From contig NC_087251.1 in NCBI RefSeq assembly GCF_037042905.1, forward strand, positions 21,576,001 through 21,640,000: 64,000 bases of DNA, given 5' to 3'. Under the pieces are notes generated by a model that was not told where the DNA came from, did no database searches, and was given only the letters and a program-made list of their open reading frames with translations. This DNA comes from Lytechinus pictus (lineage: Eukaryota). Positions 22,401-37,042 of the stretch are shown piece after piece. Positions within the stretch are counted from its first letter, which is position 1; each line of letters opens with the position of its first letter. The translations under genes and the position numbers were made by a program.

Positions 22401-25337
22401 TGTTCTGAAAAATAGCTTCGTGATGAGAGACAAACCCTGAGTGATCAAGATAAACTTGTTTACTGTGATGAGTATAATTATATTAAAGTACCTAGCCTAA
22501 TCCAATCCAAGGAATTGATCAATAGTCAATATACTAATTGGTACCTGTATTTGGTGTTTACTCACAATATAAAAGAAAACTCTCTGATTAGTATTCTGGT
22601 CCTCCTCAAATCTGATAAAGATCATCTATTACACTGGTTCTCCAACTTGAAATTTATATAAGGGTAAAAGTATTCAATCCAAATCGGAAAACAAAATGAC
22701 AGCGTTACGGAACTGTGAAATTTCGCATTATTTTGGGTGAAAAATGCATGCCATCGTTTAAGTCAGCATGTCGTTAATAAATTGAAGATGTCGCATTCTA
22801 CTGTCTCACTTTTTTACTTTAACGTCATATATATTTTTTAATATAAGATGAATACTCATATACAATCTGGCTTGTATCTGTTGTAACAATATTCATTCAA
22901 TTAATAATGATCTAACATTATGAGGAGTCCAGTTTGTTTTATATTCTTGAAAAAAAAGTATTCTCATATAAAAATATACAAAATACAAGTTGACAAAGCT
23001 CTTTCAGTGAAATAACACAAACGTATAAATGTTTTATTCTTTAACATCTTAGTTAGATTGGACATTTCGTATTTTGGCTGTGAAATTTTAATGATTCTGT
23101 TCAATTTATATTGATTTTATAGCCCATATATAAAATATATAAAATAAGCCTATATATGCATATATATGTATAGAGAGAGAGAGAGAGAGACTTAAAATCT
23201 CGTTCATTCGTAGTATCCTCACGCTTTATTGTATGGTGGTGAGCAAAGAAAAAGGAAATGCCAAAATATTATCAACGAGTGATACAGTAAAATAAAACCA
23301 AAGTGGACAAGTGAAACGTGGAGAGCAAGCTAAACAAACTACGGGCATTGGTTGTTTGGGGCTCTTTTGGTTTTGCTTTCCTTTCGTAATCGTGTTATCT
23401 TTTATTTCACTTCTTGTTACACCTTAAGATGTGCCAGGAGTTTGTGGCACAAGTTGAAAATGAAAATAATTTACCGCAAAGACAGATGAAATTTACATCT
23501 TATAATACTTGTAAATACAAGTATGAAAATGATAAACTATTCGGAAAATAATATCAGAATACATGTGCCGTACAATGTTTATTGCATATACCAGATAGGT
23601 TGATGTCATTGGTTAATGTTTTATGCCTACCAAAAGACCATACATTTGCATTTCCTATCCCTGATGTTATTTTCTCTCATTTTACAATATTATCGTACTG
23701 ATACTAGTATTCATCAAAATGCCATTATGGGGAAACAAGAAAAAAGTTTCTCTTAGCAAACTGTTACGTGACCCATGTAATAATCATTGCTTACTTTAAA
23801 AGAAAGGCGAGAAGAGTGATTATCTCGGTATGTCGCAGCTATAGAGTGATTAAGACGTCGGGTGAAGAATAAGAGTTGATCTTCCATTCGAAACAGATCT
23901 GCATCTAAGAGTATTTCGGTAAGCGTTGATGGAGCATTGAAAAGCTAATTAATGAAAAGGAAGCGATGTGTCAATCCTGTTCCGTCTCCAGTATCATCAA
24001 TCTCTTTCAAGATTTTGCCAATCGGGGCGGTGATGGAGAATAACAAGTGATGCGGATGCAGTATAAGGGAACATTTTGGAAGATACTCTCCCAGGCTATG
24101 AGATACATCAATGTCAGGAGTGAGGAGGGGGGGTGAGCGACGAAAGAGGGAGGCACATGAAGAAGGATGGGAGAATGTGAAATAAAGATTACAGAAAGAA
24201 GAAAGAAAGGTATCAGAAAAAAAAGATAGATGTTTGTACATATAACGAAGGAGGGTAAAGAGAAAGATGATCAAAGAAAGGGAAATGATAACTCAGATTT
24301 ATAAGAGTAAAATAGGGGTATTTAAAAACAAGGGCTGAAAATAAATTTTAAAAGGAAACGCGAAAAGAAAAACGATGTTTGTGTTTGTGAGATTGAGAGA
24401 GAGGGGGGAGATGGGGTCGTGGAAGATACAAATCAATGTGAAGGGGGATCATTATGGAGTAAAAAGAGCAAACGAACGGAAATGGAGAATGACAGAGAAA
24501 GGATCAGAACGTATTTGAGGGAAAGAAGACAAACAAGAGGAGAGATGATCATTTATGTTCAATGACAGAAATAATAGGTTATGAAAGACTCACACACACA
24601 CACAAATAAAATAAGTTAATCTTTCTGGCAGGAAATGCTTGATATACAGGACATCAGTTAAAGAGAAAATTCAATCGCACTAAATTGATATAACCTGATA
24701 TACTATCTAAAAGATAAAGAGAACAAGAAGGAAAATGGGGGACTAAATGTCACGAAAGGTATTTCAAAAGGCAACTGTTTAAAATTACATTCGTGCAGAC
24801 TACCATCGTTCCTATACAAGAGTGTGATCTATCACACTGGCTTGCTTCAATCGGCTGAAAGCATCTCCCACATCGTTCTAAGGGGGTGTGAAATCATCAC
24901 CTCAAAGCCAATTCTCCAATCCTTTCATGCATCTAGAGCAATCTGCTTTTCACAAAGACGAGGAATAAATGCAAAAGAAATCACAGATATATATTCACTC
25001 GCGATTTTGTTTCCTTTTTTTTTTCATCCTCTACAGTTATACGTTGCTGTGAGAAAACTAGCAACCGTAGCAGGTGAATTCAGCGAGAGGAGTATTTTTG
25101 CTTTTCTTTTTAGAGGTTGTCAGTGGGATTTCGTTTTAAAAGAGGGATTTCCGGAGCAACTTTGGGTCGAAACATCAGCTCGTCTTTGAATGACAAAAAA
25201 ATATCGAAACGCCTTGACCTTATATAGTATTCCATTGATTCGGGAAGGTAAAGTATGCGTGAACCTGTTAGGAATAGGCAATTGAATTCAATGAGATAGG
25301 GAATACGTGGGTTTAGATTAAGAAAATGATTCTTTAA

Positions 25338-25948
25338 AGGACAAGTCCACCCCAACAAAAAGTTGATCTGAATAAAAAGAGAAAAATCCAATAAGCATAA
25401 CACTGAAAATTTCACCAAAATCGGATGTAAAATAAGAAAGTTATGACATTTTAAAGTTTTGCTTAATTTCACAAAACAGTTATATGCACATCCTGGTGAG
25501 TATGCAAATGAGGAGACTGATGACGTCATCCACTCACTATTTCTTTTGTAATTTATTATATGAAATAGGGAATATTCTATTTTTCTCCTCATTGTCAAGT
25601 GAAACAATTATTAATTCCTCCCTGAACATGTGGAATGAGCATTGTTTAATACTATATGATTCAATCAAGTTGGCCCTTCTTGTCAAATCTATTAAAAAAT
25701 GAAATATTGTATAAATTTTATTCAAACAATAAAAAACAAAAGAAATAGTGAGTGAGGGACATCATCGAATGTCTCATTTGAGCTGTGCATATCACTGTTT
25801 TGTGAATAATTGAATAATAAGCAAAACTTTAATAACGTGTCATAACTTACTTATTTTACATCCGATTTTGATGAAATTTTCAGTGTTTTGCTAGTTTGAT
25901 TTTGCTCTATTTATTCAAATCAACATTTTTCTGTGGTGTACTTGTCCT
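25338..25948. mobile_element. Kolobok-like MITE with long TIRs
   Basis: TTAA|AGGACAAGTCCACC ... GGTGTACTTGTCCT|TTAA, with ~150-bp imperfect inverted arms. Confidence 0.9.
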
Positions 25949-26100
25949 TTAATATTCAAGAATGTGCAATGAGGAGACCCGCTACGTTTAAAGTGGCCTA
26001 TATCAGGTTCAATTTGGGGCGTTACCGTTACTTCGCAAGAACTTCTTTTTATCTGTTTTTTTTTTTATCTTTCTCTATCCCCTCTTCCACTTTATTCCGC

Positions 26101-26162
26101 AATAATAATATCAATAATAATAACATTTATAGGGCGCTTTATACAATTGTTTCAAAGCGCTT
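26101..26162 (-). mobile_element. L2-type LINE/SINE 3' tail fragment
   Basis: Reverse complement reads aagcgctttgaaacaattgtataaagcgccctataaatg(ttatta)n, a stem-loop plus a TTA tail. Confidence 0.5.
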
Positions 26163-28794
26163 CGGTTCACCCCTTCTCCTTTCCCTTCTTTCTCCCCCTC
26201 CATCTCAACCCCTCTTTCTTTCTCTCATTATTTCTATATCTAAAAACATTGCCAGCACTTTGTGTGGTTTTTTTTTGCCAATTTTTTTCTTATTCAATAT
26301 CTTTTTATCATGGTATGAGTATCAATATTTGCTCCAATTCCATAAAATATTCCTAATCAGCTTTCGAATCGCAATCCATCGGATCGCAAACGAGTAGACT
26401 ATCAAAAAGGTTCTTAGTTAGTATTAAGTTTTCAAGAAAAATGATACAAACCTAAGGAATAACATTACCATATATTGTTTTGACAAATGCTAATTGCGCC
26501 ACATAACCTATTCATTTCTTTATTATTTTATTAGTAGATGGCCGGGCGCCCCCGTATCCTCCCCCTTGGGCTACCGATCAAATCCTTTATCGCCTAAGCG
26601 TTTGAACCCCTTTACCCTTTAGTATGTCTGTTGAATACAAATTGTCATTTTAATCGTGGTTGATGGATGGTAGGGTGGAGTGGAGAGGCAGGCAGCAGAT
26701 CTCGAGCCCGGCATCCGGCTTTAAGAATTAGCATGGACATCATGTTTATGCATGAACGATTAATAAGGTAGAACAGAGGAAATGGTCTTTTATATCATCT
26801 CCCCGACGAATCCTGGCAATGAGATGGATTGGTTTTAGAACAGGAAACAATCTCCAAGATGAAGGAGCAGGATTATAGCCACTTGGTCCAACACCACTTG
26901 GTCTATCAAAGATTGTGTCACACAGCAATAGCTTTACCCGTTAATCCATACCTCACTTGGATAATTTCTACTTTATTTAATATTATAATGCAATTAATTA
27001 TGTAATTTGTCATCATTCTTCGTGTTTGTTCTCATTATTTTAAGCAATTTTGACTGGCAAAGAGGTCTTAATACATACACATCCCACAAGAAATTAGACG
27101 AAATTAAAATCGGTTAGCTAATACTCAGAAGAAAAAAATGGTTACAAGACGAGTTGGTTGTAGATGATAATGGACTGAAATTTGAATGAAACTAAATTAG
27201 CAATGGACAATGTTTGACTTGGCCACGTGACGTGGAAATGTTGAACCCTGCACTATACTAAGCCTAAATTTTATATAGTTCCTGAAAAACATGGTTGTCT
27301 TTCCAGATAATTAAAGAATGACAGCTAGAAAAGTAAGACCTAATCTTGGATAAATAAGATTACAATGTATAATGTTCAGAATATTTTCATGAAATTTAGT
27401 CATTATATTTTGATTTCCATAAAGTTATAAGATACTGTTCGAAAAATCTAACATATTTTTACCTGCACTCATTGTATGGAAAACATAATTATCCACGCAC
27501 TACATATACACTTAACACCAAAACTAGTGATTTTTTTTGCATATACGCTAACAAAACATGGCGTTCATGATATTATCATCGTAAACATAACAGTTTATCA
27601 CGATATTCACTATTTATATATAATTACATCTTCTTTCTGTTCAGTGCCATAATTTATAAGGTCATGGATTGAGAGTCAAATAATATTTTCTTTTTAATGT
27701 AATAACGCTTTCGTTGTGCATCACTTCCCTTATTTTCTCCGCTTTACTGCCCCTAATATACAAAAAGCATTCTCAACTTGTAGGTTTTTGTTTATCGCTA
27801 GCTTTCACAATGTGATTGAACGCATTACAACACAATATCCGCGCGTTCTCTTTCCGTTCTCACCGGCGGCCAAATGGAAAATAATAAAAGACGAGGTGCA
27901 TATTGATTAGATCAAGACGTATCGAGTGCGCTTTAAGCGCGGAAAATTGATATGAAATTTATCTAACTTGATATCACGATACGGGTAGGGAGGAAGAGTT
28001 GGGTGTCCCATCAATAAATCACAGCAAACAACTTTCAGTGAAACTTGAAGAGGCCCTAGCGAATTGCACAACTTCTGCTGTTTCAAGAAAGGTCAGAAAC
28101 GCGACTCGGCGTGGCGGATCATGAAGGCATGTTAGCGGTTGAATTATCGTAAAGATGAGGGTGGTTCTGGAATATAATATTCACCTTTGATTTGGAGCCT
28201 TTCTCGGATGAGACCATTTTCCCGCCATTTTTCTCCCGCGAAATCTGGATCTTTCGATGATCAAATTCCGCTACTCGCTTTGTTTCATCGTATGTAATGA
28301 TGAGACACATTTTGCTGTTGTTGCTTTCAATGATCTACATTTTATTCGCCATGGCAAACTCAGCCACTGGTTATGGAATATTGTGTTATGTTGCATATTT
28401 CTTTTCCAAATTGATGATGAATTATCAGATTTATCCAACATTATCAATTTATCACGAAATATGTCTAAGATGAGTCTAAACGATAACACTGAGCCATTAT
28501 TTAATTTTACAAAAATCAATCAATCTAATAGCTCATATCATTATTAGCCCCCGAGACAGAATATTAATAGCATGCTTTCAGAGATTGTAATTTCCACTCT
28601 GATTGGGATTAACATGGGTTAAATTCATCAGCAGAAGTGATGACAGTGATAAATGAACTGCTAAATGCCCCTGTGATGGAGAATGGGGTAGTGATTAGAA
28701 GTGGAGCAATGACTCCTACCTGATATAAACATCATCATTGTAACAGATGCCTTAGCAATCAGAAAGAAATGGGTTTCATTTTTTTATGATATTG

Positions 28795-29850
28795 ACAACT
28801 CTCTCTCTCTTCTCATTCTGTCTCTCTCTCTTTCTGATTCAATTCTGTCTTTCTTTAATGCATATTATCTTTATTCATTATTCGTCTGTATGTCTGTCCC
28901 CCCCCCCCCCCCCTCTCTCCCCCTCTCTCTCTCTCTCTCCCTCTCTCTCACACACTCTTTGCTCTCTTACACACCTCTTCTCTCTGTTACTCTCCCTCTC
29001 TTTTTCCCCCTTTTCTATCCGGGTTCGTTGCAGTCAGTCATGGATGGTTGGACATGACCAACACACCGGTTTTCTCATTTGAATGGAGTGCTTCATTTGT
29101 CATGTCGACATATTCCAAAAAAATCCTCGACATGGATCGATTGTCAAGAACAGTTCAATTCGCCATCTTGACTGGCAAATTCCACTCGACCTTCTTTCAT
29201 GGATTTTGGCATTCCATTGATATTTCGATCACCACCACCACCATTCACAACCGTCACCATCAATGCCACCATTCAACAACGTCTGCATCATCAATAATAT
29301 CAACAGCACCACCACCATCATTACCACCATCACCACCACCACTACTACAACCCTTCAACACCATCAAACCTATCATCATCACCCTTATACCACACCAATA
29401 CCGTAATTAACTTCATCGCTACTTCAACCATTCAACATCATCAACACCCCAACATCAACAACACCACCACCATGACCACCATCGTTAACACATTGACCAC
29501 CATCATCACCACATGCAATTCAACACAATGATCAGCAGCTGCAACGACATCCTCACTATCACATTTTTTTTAATTTTCTGATTCCACTGAGCAAATAAAA
29601 AAATGCACCATTTCTTGGGAGCAGATGACGCCCTCAATAAATCTGATATTGTATCATTAAATTGCCCTCTCGTTATTTGCCTTTATATCCATTTCTCTTT
29701 CCTCTCCCTCGCTGTCTCTGTCTCTCTCTCTCTCTCTCTCACTAATCGTTCTCTCATCACTCACACACACACACACACACACACACCCACACAATAACTC
29801 ACTCACTAAAGCCTTCTCTTATCTCCTCTCTTTCTCTCACTCTCTCACTT
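28795..29850. repeat. Cluster of simple repeats: (CT)n, poly-C, degenerate (CAC/CAT/CAA)n, (CA)n
   Basis: Directly visible. Confidence 0.8.
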
Positions 29851-30664
29851 CATCTGCCCTCTTTTATTTCCTAACTTTATTAAGGTTGCCCTCTCCTCGT
29901 TCTTAGTTTCATAACTTGTTATACCTTCGTTACTTTCTGCATAATTTATAAATGATTGTTTATCAGATTCCATTTTTTGCGTTTTTTTCTTAATGCGCAT
30001 AGTAAAACAGAGCACACATATATCATTTATACCCCTCTTTCCCCGCTTACTTCTTCCCCCTTTTTTCCGTCTCTGTATATTAACCATCGTCCTCCCCACC
30101 CGTGCTCTGTCACGCACGCGACACGCAACTGTGATTTCTGTTCCACCATCAATCTTGCTACCATTCCCGCCAAATGATCGAATATGCCCTCGTTAATTGC
30201 GTATACCGATACCCACGCCCTATAAACATGTCCCAAGTGTCGTCTGCAGTTGACGCAGTAGCCACGGGGTGTAACAACTCGCACATGCCTGTAATGAGTC
30301 TTGTTGTGGAGGAGAAGGGTTACACTTGTTGGCGTCTCCACCTCTCTCTCTCTCTCTCTCTCTCTTCATTCATTCATGCCTGGAGTTGCGTGTGTAGCAG
30401 GTGTTCGATCTTTTTACAAGGTTAAATGGGAAAGTAAAGAGGGGAAATACTTCGTTATGGTTTACAGGAGTTGGTTCTTACAATCTAATCATATCAAACT
30501 AACGGAGTATTAAACATCGACATATCTCAAAATCAAAGGAAATCAATATTCATTTTCGTATTTCTACTCAAAAAGTGTTTCTTCCAGCCCTTTCATGTAA
30601 CAAACATCTACGGAGTAACTCGTAATTTAAATTCTAATAAATTTAATAATTGATCCATGACAAC

Positions 30665-32065
30665 TTGATCGAATATTACATTCACATCTAATGAAGAAAG
30701 CATCTTAGACGAATTGTTAGAAAATTAGTTTTCAGTGGGGATTGGACTACAAATTTATAAAAATAAATGATCAGATCTAAATTCATTTTAACGCATCAAA
30801 CTGTTCCTTGATCGAATAGTGTCCCATTTACCAAATATTACTTCAACATCTAACGAAGAAAGCATATGGAATTTTCATTTGAAAATTGGTAGTATTTTAA
30901 GATATTTTGCTAGAAATATGAATTGCAATCGATCCAAAATATTTTCAACATACATCTTAGGTGCTTTAATAGAAAAAATCCCTATAACTGAATATTACTT
31001 CTACATCTAACAAAGATTGTGTATTAAACAAATTCCTGGAAAAAAAATTTTCTGACGGGATTTGCTATAGATTTGAATTTAAAATGATTTCTAAATTCAT
31101 TGCAACACCTTTTGCTAATCTTTTATGAAATTTTTTCACATTCTCCGAGTATTATTTTCACATCTAACGAAGAAAGCATCTTAGACGAATTGTTGAAAAT
31201 TAGTTTTCAGAGGGGATTGGACTACAAATTTATAAAAATAAATGATCAGATCTAAATTCATTTTAACGCATCAAACTGTTCCTTGATCGAATAGTGTCCC
31301 ATTTACAAAATATTACTTCAACATCTAACGAAGAAAGCATATGGAATTTTCATTTGAAAATTAGTAGTATTATAAGATATTTTGCTAGAAATATGAATTG
31401 CAATCGATCCAAAATATTTTCAACATACATCTTAGGTGCTTTAATAGAAAAAATCCCTATAACTGAATATTACTTCTACATCTAACAAAGATTGTGTATT
31501 AAATAAATTCCTGGGGAAAAAATTTCTGACGGGATTTGCTATAGATTTGAATTTAAAATGATTTCTAAATTCATTGCAACACCTTTTGCTAATCTTTGAT
31601 GAAATTTTTTCACATTCTCCGAGTATTATTTTCACATCTAACGAAGAAAGCATCTTAAAAGATATATTGTTAATTATATACTTTTTTAGAGTATTTTGCT
31701 AGAATTGTGAATTGCATTGATTCCCCATTCTTTTCAACACAATATCGGGTGCTTTAATAGAGGGAAATTCCCATTCATTGTATATTACTTCTATATCGAA
31801 CGAAGAAAGCATTTTTAACGAAAGCGGCTAAAGAATAGATTTCTGATTGGATTCCGCTCGAAATTCAATTACAATCGAATTTCAAATTATGTGCAAGACA
31901 CCAACATTTTTCTTTATATTTATAAAATTAGTTTTATAGGGCATTTTTTTACAAATTTGATTTGTCAACCATAACAATATGTGGTAATAGAAAATTGTTC
32001 CATTTAATGAATATTACTTCTACATCTAACGAAGAAAGTACTGAAACGAAATAGTTAGAAATACA
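30665..32065. repeat. Tandem array: ~158-bp monomers organised as a ~475-bp higher-order unit
   Basis: The ACATCTAA core (one copy variant) of motif TATTACTTCTACATCTAACGAAGAAAGCAT occurs at 30684, 30846, 31003, 31160, 31321, 31478, 31634, 31793 and 32022. Segment 30684-31159 is near-identical to 31160-31633. Confidence 0.9.
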
Positions 32066-33860
32066 AAAAATACATAATTAATTGAAATGACCAAAAAATT
32101 AATTGAAAATAAATTAAGAATAAATTGACTTCTTTCGATGTCGTCTCAAGATATCAGATAAGTGAAATTCATTTATCGCAATCCAGATAAATATAAAACA
32201 TGTTTGAATTAATCAGAATTTATTTTGATCCCTTACTTCTCTCTCTCTTCCTTTTACGTCAACATTATTATTGAACCGAACCGATTAACGATCATCCTTC
32301 CACAAAGATGCAGTAATTGCCATTATGAATCATTTACGTAACAAGACGTTGCATTTTGAATGATGGGTATAAAGCTCATTGATCGATGTATATGGTAGAC
32401 GATGTATATGGAAGACATGACTGTTAAGGACAATGATGCCCCTCTTAATAGATGATGGTCATAGAAAATGACTCCATTGAGACAACGATAGATGTGGTCT
32501 ATTCTTTTAACAATGACCATGTCAAATTAAGATGATGATGGATATTACTAGCCGACAAATTTAGCATTTGATAAATATGTAGTAGCCCTTGATAATGGCC
32601 TTCGCGTGAGAGAGGAGACGTATTGTTGGGTATAAATGGTTTGCGGAGAGATAGGATAAACAATATTAGGGCAAAGGAATTTGACGCGTATCTCGATAAA
32701 AAAATAAGTATGAAGTATGAACGTGTACTGGACTATTTCCCCCCAAAATAATGTTTTCCTGTTTAAGATGTTTTATAACATCTCTAGATCAGACCCAATA
32801 TCAAGAGGAAGAGTATTTTATTTTCCAATGGATGGTATGGCTTCTCGTAATAAATAAAGACCATGAGGCGGGGACACATCACACTTCTTTATTATAAATA
32901 CGAGATGACCAAGTGCCTTTTATAGATCTTGAGTCCGGATAGAAGAAGATGGGAAGGAAGAGATAAAGTCACAGAGGAAGCGAAGTCACGAGGAGAAAAC
33001 AGGACGATCACGAATGAGATGCCCTCCATGATCCTCCCAACCTTTCCAATCTCTGCCATCCGTTTCCGTCCAGTAGACCCTTGACTTTGATTTCAAATAT
33101 TTAAAAGTAGGCCTTCCTCCGAATAAGCAGGTAATAAATTCGGCTTCGAGAGAGCGTGTTAGAGATTAATGCAAACAAGGAGAAAGAACTAAAATAGATT
33201 GAAGGGTTATCTACTGTACATTAAGAGAGAGAAAAGGTTGTTGATGAAATGTAGATATTGAAATGAAAAAGGAAAGAGACGGGAGAGACAAGAGAAAAGA
33301 AGAAGAAAAAAGGACAAGGACAAGAAGAAAAGAAAGATGAGAAGGAGTGGGAAAAGGATAGAGGAAACTGGAAAGAGAAGTAGAAAAGAGACGGAAAGAG
33401 AGCGAGGCACTTGGGAGTATCACAATTTCCGACCTGCGCTCAAGAGCAAATGTCACGTGGTTGTCTTCACCAGATACCTTACCTTGTTCGATATGGCGAA
33501 ATAAGGTTAATCTGGTGTTCTGTCAACACCCAAAACGGATGAATAAGTGGGGTAGAAAAGTCTTCTTATTCCTTGTGATCGTTTTCCGGAGTCAATGGGC
33601 AGCTTAACATTTTCGACACAATTTCTGTGGCGCAGTCATTTTGGAAAAAATAAAAAAATCTGCTGCGCTTGCGCATAACTAGTGCTCTTAGTTTTGAGCA
33701 TGCGCACAAAAAGTATATGGGCAGGATAATACTTAACATACCTTCAACTGTCTTATCTAAAGATTAATTTATTTCGTTTTTGACGAACATTCATTTCATG
33801 AATTCATAACTCCAATTGAGATTCTTTTTAGTTTGTAACTATATTTTACGTCCAAATTCC

Positions 33861-33927
33861 AGTAGTAGTAGTAGTAGTAGCAGTAGTAGTAGTAGTAGTA
33901 GTAGTAGTATAGGAGGAGGAGGAGTAG

Positions 33928-33981
<54 letters not shown>

Positions 33982-34090
33982 GATGAGGAGGAGGTGGAGT
34001 AATAGTAGTAGTAGTAGCAGTAGTAATAGTAGTAGTAGTAGAAGTAGTAGTAATAGTGAAGTAGAAGTAGAAGTAATAGTAATAATAGAA
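33861..34090. repeat. (AGT)n microsatellite with (GGA) interruptions
   Basis: Directly visible. Confidence 0.95.
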
Positions 34091-35481
34091 AGGGTAGGGG
34101 TGTGATAAAAGTAGTAATTGGATGAAGTGAAGTACTTATGTGTAGTATTTTTGTTGTTACCCGAAGACGCCATATACCCTGGTGTAAACTTGTTATTATT
34201 TTCATGATGACAGCGGTCAAAGAGATTAATATCTTTGATTCTTTGTTATTACTCCACGCTTGTTACTACCCAATGATTTTTCTCCTGGCGAGGCCAGACT
34301 TTCCCATCGGTCGCCCCATTCTTGCGTGCCAGAGACACACGGGGGACCCCAAGCTCAGCCCGCGTAACCTGATCTCCCCAATGTCTGCTTTTCAAGGCAC
34401 CTCCTTATATTGCTTATTACCGAGGACAAAACAAGAAAAATCCTCTCCACGGACGCGTGGTTCGGCGATCCACCAAGAAATTAATAGTATCAACTCTCCC
34501 CGCTCTCATTATGTTCTATTTATTTCAGAGGGATTTCTGCACCATCATAAAATGTCATTAAGGCGAGGGGATGAGTCAGCCTTCCTCTGTTATCTTTTTA
34601 TGATCATTTTGAAATTCATCCCCCTCTCATATCGCATGCGGCCACTCAATCTCTCTAGCCCAATTACAACTACTTAGAGGTCTTCCAAAACTGTATTCCA
34701 TAAATGGATTTCCTATCAAACGCGCTAATGAATCCAACTTATGAATGATTCTTCATTGCTATACATGACTACATCATGAAACCATGTCCCCAATGGAGAA
34801 GGCGAGGGTGAGATGAAGAAAGAGAGAGAGGGAGAGAGAGAGGAGATTGGGAAAATAAGATAAGGAGTAAGGGATAATGAAGAAGTGATGACAATGCATA
34901 TTTGTCCGAGTTATAACTTTTACAACAAACCCCTTTCCAATGTTTTACATACACAGCCATCCTATTTTGAACATGAACGTTAAACTTTTATTAAACGTAT
35001 CGAGAATTTTTCGAAAATAAGTGGATGCAACAAGTACGTAGTTTTAAGCATTCAAAAGAGTATCAATTTCTTTTTCATAATGATGATTTATATTCACTAG
35101 AATTAGTTCATGTACAGTATCAACCCTACTTAAACAAATAAGGAGTGAAGAAAAAAAGGAGATTGCTCTCGATGAAAATCAGTCGTTTAAGAAAGAGTTT
35201 TTGTCGTTGTTGAAAACAAAATATAGAGAAATAAAGCGTGACTTTAGAAGGTTTGTCTCCACTATTTAAGCTATGCAAGCCCCGGACTTTTGAGAATTCC
35301 TAACTTACAAATTCAATAGTGAATGATTAAGGGGTGATTTTATGATAATGGGTTCCGTTTCCACTAAACGTTTGCAATCAACGAAAAAATTGCAAAGTCC
35401 AATCACTAGCATTTTGTTATTGCTTGCAAAAAAAGTTTCACATTTGCAATAGATCGTAAATCTTTGTTTTTAAGGGCCCTG

Positions 35482-35750
35482 GGCCCCATTTTACAAAGAA
35501 TTGTGATTGATCCGATCAATCACAACTATGGACGGCCAGCAATGTCAACATCTATTATGCATGTTTGTTCAAAATATTTTCTAGAATTATGTGTATTCAT
35601 GCATTCATCGTTGTCTTAAAAATTCAATGTGTTTCTCTTTGTTTACGAAGGACATTGTGCACATTTCCTGTAGAAAAAATTATGAAACTGATGGATTTCT
35701 ATAGAGTTATGATTGATTGGATCAATCATAACTCTTTGTAAGACGGGGCC
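35482..35750. mobile_element. PIF/Harbinger-like MITE
   Basis: CTG|GGCCCCATTTTACAAAGA ... TCTTTGTAAGACGGGGCC|CTG: 3-bp CTG duplication and ~50-bp TIRs. Confidence 0.85.
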
Positions 35751-36466
35751 CTGGTTTATGAAACAATATTGGTCAAAATGGATGACAGAAGAGTAAGGTG
35801 CTTGAGGAAAGAAGTGATACAAAAATAAGTACGGCAGGAATTCGCTTAAATCTCGACACCATCATAGCCGGCTCTTTGAAATGCCAAAGAAACGAGTTCT
35901 TACACCTTTTTCTTGGCTACATGCTCATCGAGCTTAATGGGTAGGGGGTTTAAAAGAAGAAGAAAATTAAAAAAAAGGAGTAGGTAGGAGAAAGAAAGGC
36001 CATGCTCTTCATCAATGGTATGCTAGCAGGCATGTCGTTTATGAATCGCATATTTTGCTTCTGTTTGCCTAGCTGAGCTATAATTCATCTTGAGTGCTTC
36101 TTTCGCTATCCTCCATACTCGATCGAGATTCCAGAAGATTGCATTCATCTTTACTTTGTTGTACACTCGTCAAATATGTCGACAGAATAATGTCATTAAC
36201 ACCTGGTTAATATTCAATCCAAATGCCGGTGTTTTTATCATATTTTCCCCCATTATCATCGTCTCCATACCCCACTTGAGACATGTTTTCGGAATTATGA
36301 GAAGCGTATTTTCCACTTCTCTCCTTTCATCAAAATTTTATCATTTTATCTTGTAATTTTTATCTTTGTCCTTTCTTACTCTCCTAGCTCTCCCCCTCTC
36401 TCTTTCCCTCGCTTCTTTTCTAAGTTTGTTCTGAATCAAACAATGTAAAGATCTTCGATCTTCCCC

Positions 36467-36754
36467 TTGGTTTGGTTTGGTTCGGTTTGGTATGGTTTGG
36501 TTTGGTATGGTATGGTATGGTATGGTATGGTTTGGTTTGGTATGGTTTGGTTTGGTTTGGTTTGGTATGGTATGGTTTGGTTTGGTATGTAATACCTTGG
36601 TTTGATTTGGTTCGGTTTTATTTACCATACAAAAAAATCACAAAAAATACATTGTACAAAATATCAAAATCAAATATGCAAACACTTAAGAAGATACGGA
36701 TGGATCACTCTATTCAGAGCCATTGATTTAATGGCTGTGTTCTTCCTAGAGGTC
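36467..36754 (-). mobile_element. Retroposon 3'-end fragment with expanded (AAACC/ATACC)n tail
   Basis: Homologous to 17598-17744. The pentanucleotide tract 36467-36616 is its tail. Confidence 0.75.
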
Positions 36755-36974
36755 GAACCTTGCTGCTCCTCAGAGTATTTCAGTCTACACAAAATAGAAT
36801 ATGGCACTTTTATACAGACCGTGAATTTAATGACACAAAATTATCAAACTCACCTAAATATTATTTTAATTTAAATAAAAAAGAATATATGATGGTATTA
36901 ATAATTCTTTAAATGTTTTCACTTATTTGATGTATGATAGATAATGTAGACCTTGCGCGATTTTAGTGTCTTTC

Positions 36975-37042
36975 CAGGAAACGAACTCCTTACTTTCCAT
37001 GTGTAACGTCACGCGCCCTAGACCACTCGGCATGTCACCTCC
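36975..37042 (-). mobile_element. Degenerate tRNA-derived SINE head
   Basis: Reverse complement reads gccgagtggtctagggcgcgtgac...gaaagtaaggagttcgtttcc, with A-box- and B-box-like motifs. Confidence 0.45.

Noticed and set aside
30665-32065. CRISPR-like ~30-bp repeats and duplicated 63-aa ORFs (30819, 31294)
   Set aside because: Spacers are ~130 bp and recur as a block. The ORFs are incidental GTG-start frames in a tandem repeat.
33796-34677. Long ORFs over microsatellites and gaps (poly-L/Y/H/M; also 5682-7129, 41135-42399, 55372-55805) and the 179-aa ORF at 34138
   Set aside because: Produced by triplet repeats or N runs, or lacking any domain signal.
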